Below are positions 56,059 to 64,000 of a DNA stretch of 64,000 bases, piece after piece. Made by a program: the position numbers and the translations under genes. The stretch comes from the human T2T-CHM13v2.0 reference genome, Homo sapiens. The notes under the pieces are model-generated. The model saw nothing but the letters and a program-made list of their open reading frames with translations. It made no database searches and was not told the DNA's origin. The DNA is taken from the NCBI RefSeq assembly GCF_009914755.1, contig NC_060938.1; one strand, written 5' to 3'. The number at the start of each line of letters is the position of its first letter. Positions within the stretch are counted from its first letter, which is position 1.

Positions 56059-57004
56059 CTGCAACAAACACAGTGGTAATTTTTTAAAAATATTAAATAC
56101 AGAGATTTTCATGTGAGGTGGATTTTTCTGCAGAGTTTTTCATCTAATTCTTGGAGTGTGTTCCCTTGGGAACTTCCTGAGTTTATATGAAAAAATGTCT
56201 AAGGAAATCCCAAAAACCTGAGTGGATGCAAAGCCACAGTGCTGAGAGGGAGAAGGCACTACAATTGTCCAAGTTATTATACACAAAGAATAAGTGTTAC
56301 TAAGGGCCAGCCATGCCAACAGTGCTCTCTACATACTGCCTCATTTATTCCTCACAACAGCCTGGTGAGGTGGGCACTAAATCATGTGATCAGAGGCTCA
56401 CAAAGGTTAAGTAGCCTAAGATGCAATGCTGCTACATGGTAGAGCTGGAACTGAAACTCACATTGGTTTGACTCTACACCCTAAATTTTAAACCAATCCA
56501 TCTTCTACATTTCACAGAAGTGACGACTTCCAACACCTCTCACTTCAGTAAATCTGAAGGATTCCAGAGAAGGGAAAGGGTTGTCTCTCACCATCTGAGT
56601 CTAGGAGTCAAGCTCAGGTCAGTGATCCGGACACTGACCATTTTGTTCACAGCCCAGGTCTCTGCTTCCCCTTGTCTTCCCTACATCTCCTGCCAGGCTG
56701 CCAGCTCTCAGCATAGGAGCAGCAGGGGTCAGAGGAAAGGCACAACTCAATCCGGATTGCTGTGCTGCACAACAGCAGCTGTGATGGAGGCAGCATCCTG
56801 TGCGCAGGTAGTACTTTCACAGAACACATCACGCTTCGCACACATTGACCACATAATATAGAAAAAGCATTTTTAGTTCCATGTGAAAGATGAGAAAATA
56901 CATTCTCAGATATTAAGAGGCCTTTCCCTATAGATATTAAATGGCAAGTCCAGGATATAAATTCTTATCTTTTGACTCCAAATCTAGCATTAGTTTTATA
57001 ATAA

Positions 57005-57355
<351 letters not shown>

Positions 57356-57731
57356 TGAACTCATCAGCTGAAACAAGGTTGAGATAAATATAAATTCCAA
57401 TAATCACTATTTTTCCATGTTGCAGAAAGTAGGATGGTTAAAAACTGTATATAATTATACCATCCCTACCCACCCCATGGACAATGTTGCTATTGATTTT
57501 ATTGTTTGAAAATACTATGTAGGGATATAGATATTCTTATGTATAGCAGCCATTCTGCTCACTTACACGATATATTTCATGGTAACAATAAGAGTAATAA
57601 CATAATAGAGCTCATTTTATGTTCCATGCACTGTTCTAAGGACATGCCATGTAAGTCATTTAAGCCTTGTATCTATCTTGTGAGATGGGCATAATCCCCA
57701 TTTTACAGATGTGAAGACTGGTTATACATAC

Positions 57732-57932
57732 TGGAGTCGGAGTAGTGGTACAGCTCCTTGTAGGGAGAGATGTGGGCTGTGAAATTTGCTGGGACGTAAG
57801 GCACCTGGCCTTGAATGTTGGTCTTAATGCTCAGGTAGTTCTCTGGGTCAAGTCCCTCAGCAGTTTGAGTGATACGAACCGTCTCCTCTCCCGGGTAGAA
57901 TGTAACTTCCATGTCATGGGTAAAGGCAGCAC
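57732..57932 (-). CDS. NID2: NID2 exon 8 (G2 domain)
   Basis: (G)[66 protein letters not shown]; ctccag| ... |gtatgt. Confidence 0.96.
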
Positions 57933-58289
57933 CTGGAGATGAAAAACATTCAGCACAGGGATGAAAAGAGGTCTTGCTTAAACAGTTACCAGTATATACT
58001 GCCCGCTCCCAATTTCTACTGCTGTTGGAGATCGTGCCTAAGGAGATTATCTGATATCTGAGAGTAAGCACTATCAGCTGTTGATTCCATAAGTTCCCAA
58101 ACTTTTCCATTGAAGAATATGGTTTCATCCTGCCTTACCTCACCCAGCTTCTCTTTGAACAAGCTTGTATTCTGTGAGAAATACTCTTGGGAACGTCCTT
58201 GACTTTTCTCTAAGGTTGCTAGACTTAGCAAAAAACAAACAAACAAATAAACCTAACAACAAAAAAAACAAAAACAAATAAACTACCAC

Positions 58290-58415
58290 CTAAGACATTC
58301 AGGGTTTTGTTTGAATTTCAGATAAGTATGTCTCATGAAATATGTGGGTAATACTTATACTAGAAAATTGTTTATCTGAAATACAAATTTATCCAGGTGT
58401 GCCATTTTTTATCTA
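58290..58415. mobile_element. MER53-like hAT fragment
   Basis: ttgaatttcagataa...atacttatacta...tttatctgaaatacaaattt. Confidence 0.65.
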
Positions 58416-59186
58416 CTTTTGACCCAAGGGCTTTATTCAAATTTTGATTAAAGCAAGAACCTATTAACAGCTACCGAGCTCTGCAGTTAAAGATGGAGAA
58501 AGAACTTCTCACAAAACTATTTTTAATGCAATAAAGATAAAACCTCTAGCAAACAAGTTTTCAGGTTGGAAGGTGAGAATCCAAAAAGTATCTTCTAAAT
58601 CCTTGTTGTCAACGGGTGGCCTTTCCAGCAACACTGGTACCTCACCTCCTAGCTTGGTAGAAAAGCAAAATCACGGACCCCACCCCAGGCCTGCTGAACC
58701 AGAATTTACATTTTGACAAGACCTCCAAGTGATGTGTGTGCAGGTTCAAGTCTGGGGTGCACCGGCCTATACTATTATAGGTTGTGGAGCTGGGAGGAGA
58801 AGAGCACCCCTTCCCCATGAAGTAAAATCATCCCCAGGTGCCCCAAGTACCATTTTTGCATTTGACAGATCTGTGCATAATTTAAAAAGCCTGACAAATA
58901 TGCTGCAACAAATTGGGGTAAGAGGACACAAATGTTCTGAATGGAATCATCCTGTTTCTCAGAACAGCTGGGAGAACATTTAGACGAAATCACTGCCTTT
59001 CAAAAATCAGTGATGTGAGGTCAAACCATTCCCAACAACCTGTGGCCAGAAAACTACACACATGTGGCTCTAGTACATTAAACAAGTGATTCCTCTGTCA
59101 CTGCGTAAAGGCCTAAAGACAGTGCCCCAAGGAGCACCACTGCCAAAGCAATGCTGACTACCGGCCTTCTCAGAGGCCCTACTCAC

Positions 59187-59432
59187 CTGCGAGGCTGAAG
59201 CCGTTCTCAGAGCCAGGTTTTTCTAAAGCAAAGAGCCAGCCAAACAGGCCTCCAATTGGTGTGAGGGGGAGGAGGGCCTGGGCTGCTGGCTGTGGGATGT
59301 GGCTGATGGCCGTGTAGGCTCTGCCATCATTGCCCACGATATACGCATGCAGGTCCACATCAGTGAAGTGCACGGGTGTATGGCCCACGTGGAGGTGGCC
59401 ACTCACTTTCCCATTCACTCGGTGAGGTGCCC
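59187..59432 (-). CDS. NID2: NID2 exon 7 (start of G2 domain)
   Basis: (G)[43 protein letters not shown]...[22 protein letters not shown]; ttttag| ... |gtgagt. Confidence 0.96.
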
Positions 59433-59862
59433 CTAAAAGACAGCAAATCCAGTTAGGCTTGGACATCATCCTGGCTAGAGATGGGTGTACCCAGGTATAA
59501 TTATTCCACTGACAACTTCCAAAACTCACTCTTTAGCAAGTCACTTTAATGATTTCCTAACCAACCAATTATCCATCTATGAAACAGTCCTGCCTCCAGT
59601 CTGTTTTCTCCCCTCCTCCTTCTCTCCACTACACTTTGGCTCTAATGAGCTGGCAGAAGGAAGCATTTCTGGATAATCCTCAAATTGGGAATCAGCCCAA
59701 ACCAGTTCATTCCTCACACATTTATTGAGCACCTGCAAGTTGATAGCACTCTGATTTAAGTAGTGGAGATGTTTGGTCCATAAAGCAGAGCTCACAGTGG
59801 TAGCTGGAAACAGGTAAGCAGCAGGAATAGACACACAGGAGTTCCCAGCCCCAGTCAATTAC

Positions 59863-60012
59863 CTTCAGGCAGACAGTGCTTCCCATTTCCATAAAACTTG
59901 GATTGGCAGTGGCAGCAGAAGCCAGTGGCATAGTCCGTGCAGAAGGCATGCCGGGAGCATTGTCTGTGGTTGTGTTCACAGGTTTCCTTGTTGGCAGCAT
60001 TATACGTGAAGA
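59863..60012 (-). CDS. NID2: NID2 exon 6 (EGF preceding G2)
   Basis: (V)[49 protein letters not shown]; tttcag| ... |gtaatt. Confidence 0.96.
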
Positions 60013-60303
60013 CTGAAAAATAAAACAAACTTGCCTTAAAAGGACTAAATGATTCCAATGTCACTGCTGCATCGGGGACACAACATCTGCTCCATAGAAG
60101 CAGTTTAGATCATAACAAACAGTTTTTGATGTTTAAGAGACCGGCATAACATTCAACCCAAGGGAATTAATCTGCTTTGTCTGCTGGCAAGAAGAATTGC
60201 TTACTGCTCCCGGCTGGGTCCCATTGCAGAGTTGGTGAACTAAGATGAGACTGCACCCGTGGGTTTGAGTGCAGTAAAATGAAAGCAAACCAGTAAGTAC
60301 ATG

Positions 60304-60383
60304 TTAGGTTGAACTTCATGAAACCACTATTTTTGTGGGTCAAAAAGGGCTAAATATCAGCACTTTTATATGGTTCAACCTAA
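60304..60383. mobile_element. MADE2 mariner MITE (80-bp hairpin)
   Basis: TIRs ttaggttgaac...gttcaacctaa, 80 bp. Confidence 0.85.
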
Positions 60384-61342
60384 ACACATCCTGAGAGGAA
60401 GACATAATAGAGAAGCTAACAAATGTCTTATGTCTAACCATCCTTCTTTTAGGGAACACTGAACTTAAAAAAGATAATAGCTGGTCTCGCTACCAAGATT
60501 GTTTTGAGGGAAGGGTCTTAAAGAACACACGCACCTACCTCAAAGAAAAGGCATGGGGAGAAGGGGACAGAGGAGGGCAAAACAACAGGGATTCAAGCTA
60601 TTAAAATGCCCTATGCCCTTGGCAGGGTTTAACTATGATGGGTATGGTACAAGCATGATTTCCACGCAGTAGCAGACAGCTTGGGCCCCACTCGCAGATC
60701 TTCCAAGAAATTATGGAGGACTAGGATAAATTCAGTGCTCTGGCAGCTGTTTCTTCCATTTCCTACTTATTCTGCCCATTAAAAGAAGAGGGCCATCTGT
60801 GCTGCAAAGAAATGGGGAAACTGGAGCAAATGCCATAGTTCATAAAGGAAATAGCCAAGGGGGTAGGGTGTGGCGGGGGTTGTGGATGGACAGGAGGGTG
60901 CTTTCTCCGGGGCACTAGGAAATATGCCAATCCCAAGCATGGCCACCAGGAGGCCAAGCGGCTGCACACACCTCTGCCTCCACATCCCCAGGAGGTGGAG
61001 TTGGCTGGAGACTCCAGGAGCATGCTGTTGAGCAGGGATGGCATGGAATTCTAGTGTGAGACACGGATGCTGGCATGAAGGAGGACACCCACCCTACTCT
61101 TAGGAAAAACCAAGTGGTAGTTGTGTTCCAGGTCTATCTGGAAACGAGGAGACAGGAGGGGAGGAAGAAATCCAAAGATCAATCTTTACCCAGTATTCCC
61201 AGGGAGAACAGAAAGTAAAGGAGCTAATGAGACATAGCATTATAGGTACAATGTCACCAAGATAAAGACCTCCATCAGCAAATAAAAATATAACAAAGTT
61301 AACACTTCAATCGCGCTTAACATATACAAGCTTTACATTTAA

Positions 61343-61650
<308 letters not shown>

Positions 61651-61691
61651 AACAACTCTTAATTTGCACAACAACCCTAGGTAGCAGGGAC

Positions 61692-62003
61692 TTTTTTTGT
61701 TGCTGTTGTTGAGACAGGGTTTTGCTCTGTCACCCAAGCTGGAGAGCAGTGGTGCCATCTCGGCTCACTGAAAGCTCGACTTCCCAGGCTCAAGTGATCC
61801 TCCTATTTCAGCCTTTTGAGTAGCCGCAGCCACAAGCATGCATCACACCTGCCTACTTTATTTTTTGGTAGGGTGGGTTGGGGGGAGGGGTCTCCCTGCG
61901 TTGCCCAAGTTGGTCTCGGTCTCGAACTCCTGGGCTCAAGTGATCTTCCCACCTAGGCCTCCCAAAATGCTGGGATTACAGGTATGAGCCACCACTCTGG
62001 CCA
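61692..62003 (-). mobile_element. Alu (AluJ-like)
   Basis: Reverse dimer with a G-rich altered linker. Confidence 0.9.
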
Positions 62004-63125
62004 GGGACAATTTTTTAACCCGTTTGCAGATAAAGCTGAGGCACAGTAGACTAAAGCACCTGAAGTCGCATAGGCAGTGAGTGGCAAAGGTGGGAACCGA
62101 ACCTAGGACATCTAGCTGGAGAATCTTAACTGCTACTCTCCACGACCCCTTCAATGGGATCCAAGTACGGAGATCATGAGCACTAGATTAGGGGTCATCA
62201 CATGTCTGGGGTTAATCAGCACAGACTTCAAGTATAATTTGAGTCATACTTTATAAACTGGGTTTAATGGTAGAAGCAAGCAGGGAAGATTATCGAGATG
62301 ACTATTACAGCATGTTGAAAAACAGCACAGGTAAGAAATGAGAGTAGCAGCAGCGGCATTAGCTTTTGAACAGTACTGGAGTGCTGCCTGCAGATCCTTG
62401 GGAAAGCAGCAAGCTGAGGGTTGGCAGGACAGACAGTGTAGGTTCAAGTGGAAAATCTGATTAGAACATAGTAGGAATGAAGTTATGACTCAAGATTTAG
62501 TATAGGGCCTTGATGACTTGGCTAAGAAATTCCAGTTTGATAAAAATAGAAAATTAGGCATGACTCAACTTTATTTAAACAAGAAAGTGACAAGCTTAAC
62601 TTAAACAGAAAAGTGATATAAAACTCAAGGCAGAAAAATAAAAAAAAAAAAAACCCAGGATGGATCATGGTAAAATAGATGGCTGTGAAGAAAACTGTAT
62701 CACTGTCTATTAGTTTAAGAAAGGGAAAAAAACATTTAGAGTAAAAGGAAATGAATGTAACTTGGATGTGTCAAAATCTCAGGTTTCTCCAGCTCAGAAA
62801 TTCACAACTAAGTGTAAGGAAGCAGCTACAGGAGGGACTCACACACTCACCAGTATGCTCATGGCTTAAGGGCCATCAGGACTTTCTCCCAGAGCTCAAG
62901 GAATGAGGGGCTGCAGAAAGCGCCAAGCTCTAGGACTCAACCTCAGCCCTCCCTCGGGGGCTTTGTGGAAACTGTGCAAACTGTGTCTTTCAGCTTCCTC
63001 ATCTCTAAAATAAGTAGAACACCTCTTCCTCACCCCTGCATTGCCAGAAGTCGCATTTCTTCTTAATGTACTTCTGAACACCAAGTAAAAAGGCAATCTG
63101 CTATAGGTCTAAAGAACAGCCATTT

Positions 63126-63456
<331 letters not shown>

Positions 63457-64000
63457 TCAATCCAAACTTTACAAGCTGTTCTGCCCACAAATTAAGGAAA
63501 TAACAGGCTTGGATTGTATCTTATTTCAGTTATTTTGTGAAGCCTTATTCTGCAACCCAATTCTTATTCTAAGGCTGAATTATGAAACAAGGAGAGAGAA
63601 GATGGAGGAGAGACAGTCTAGATATGGAGAGTTAAACTAGGTGGAGTCATAGCTTTTATCTAAGTAAAAAGAGGCAGGGTGATGCAGCCAGCAACTTACA
63701 AGTGCAACTGTGCAAAGGTTTATAAATAGATTGGAAGCTGTACTACATTTTTCTATTACAGAAAAAGAAGTTATAACAATGAGCAGGCTCCCATGAAAGG
63801 CTATTATGAGACTTAAACTGTAATTACAATGGGCTAACTAGTTACTGTTAAGCTAACCTGGGAGTCTTTTTAAACAGTTTTGTGGAATATTGTATTTTTA
63901 GGATGGTACTTACTGAGCCAAGAACACACACTGTCTCTTTCAGCTTCATAACAGCCACATGAAGGAAAGAAGATGGATCAGCCCCTAATCCGGGGGAAGG

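Overview
Primate (human-like) genomic DNA containing two convergent, tail-to-tail protein-coding genes. The + strand carries the complete 8-exon RTRAF (C14orf166/CGI-99/hCLE): a CpG-island promoter at ~6.4-6.9 kb and CDS 6684-21560, splicing by hand to 735 nt = 244 aa + stop. The - strand carries the 3' 17 coding exons of NID2 (nidogen-2; exons 6-22 if the gene has 22, 2699 nt of CDS): EGF, G2 beta-barrel, four EGF/cbEGF, two thyroglobulin type-1 and the YWTD beta-propeller. The 5' end of NID2 lies beyond the window. All exon boundaries were read as GT-AG with consistent phases. The remainder is typical mammalian repeat content (Alu, L1, L2, MIR, MaLR/ERVL LTRs, Tigger/MER/MADE elements); repeat subfamily calls are by eye. 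No prokaryote-type system (CRISPR etc.) and no clearly novel gene is present. The most unexplained structures are: (1) a non-Alu ~170-bp inverted repeat with perfectly matching blocks in NID2 intron 9; (2) an old ~360-bp direct duplication flanking NID2 exon 12, next to a possible decayed EGF exon; (3) interlocked RTRAF/NID2 polyadenylation signals with possible antisense overlap; (4) well-formed cryptic poison/terminal exons in RTRAF introns.
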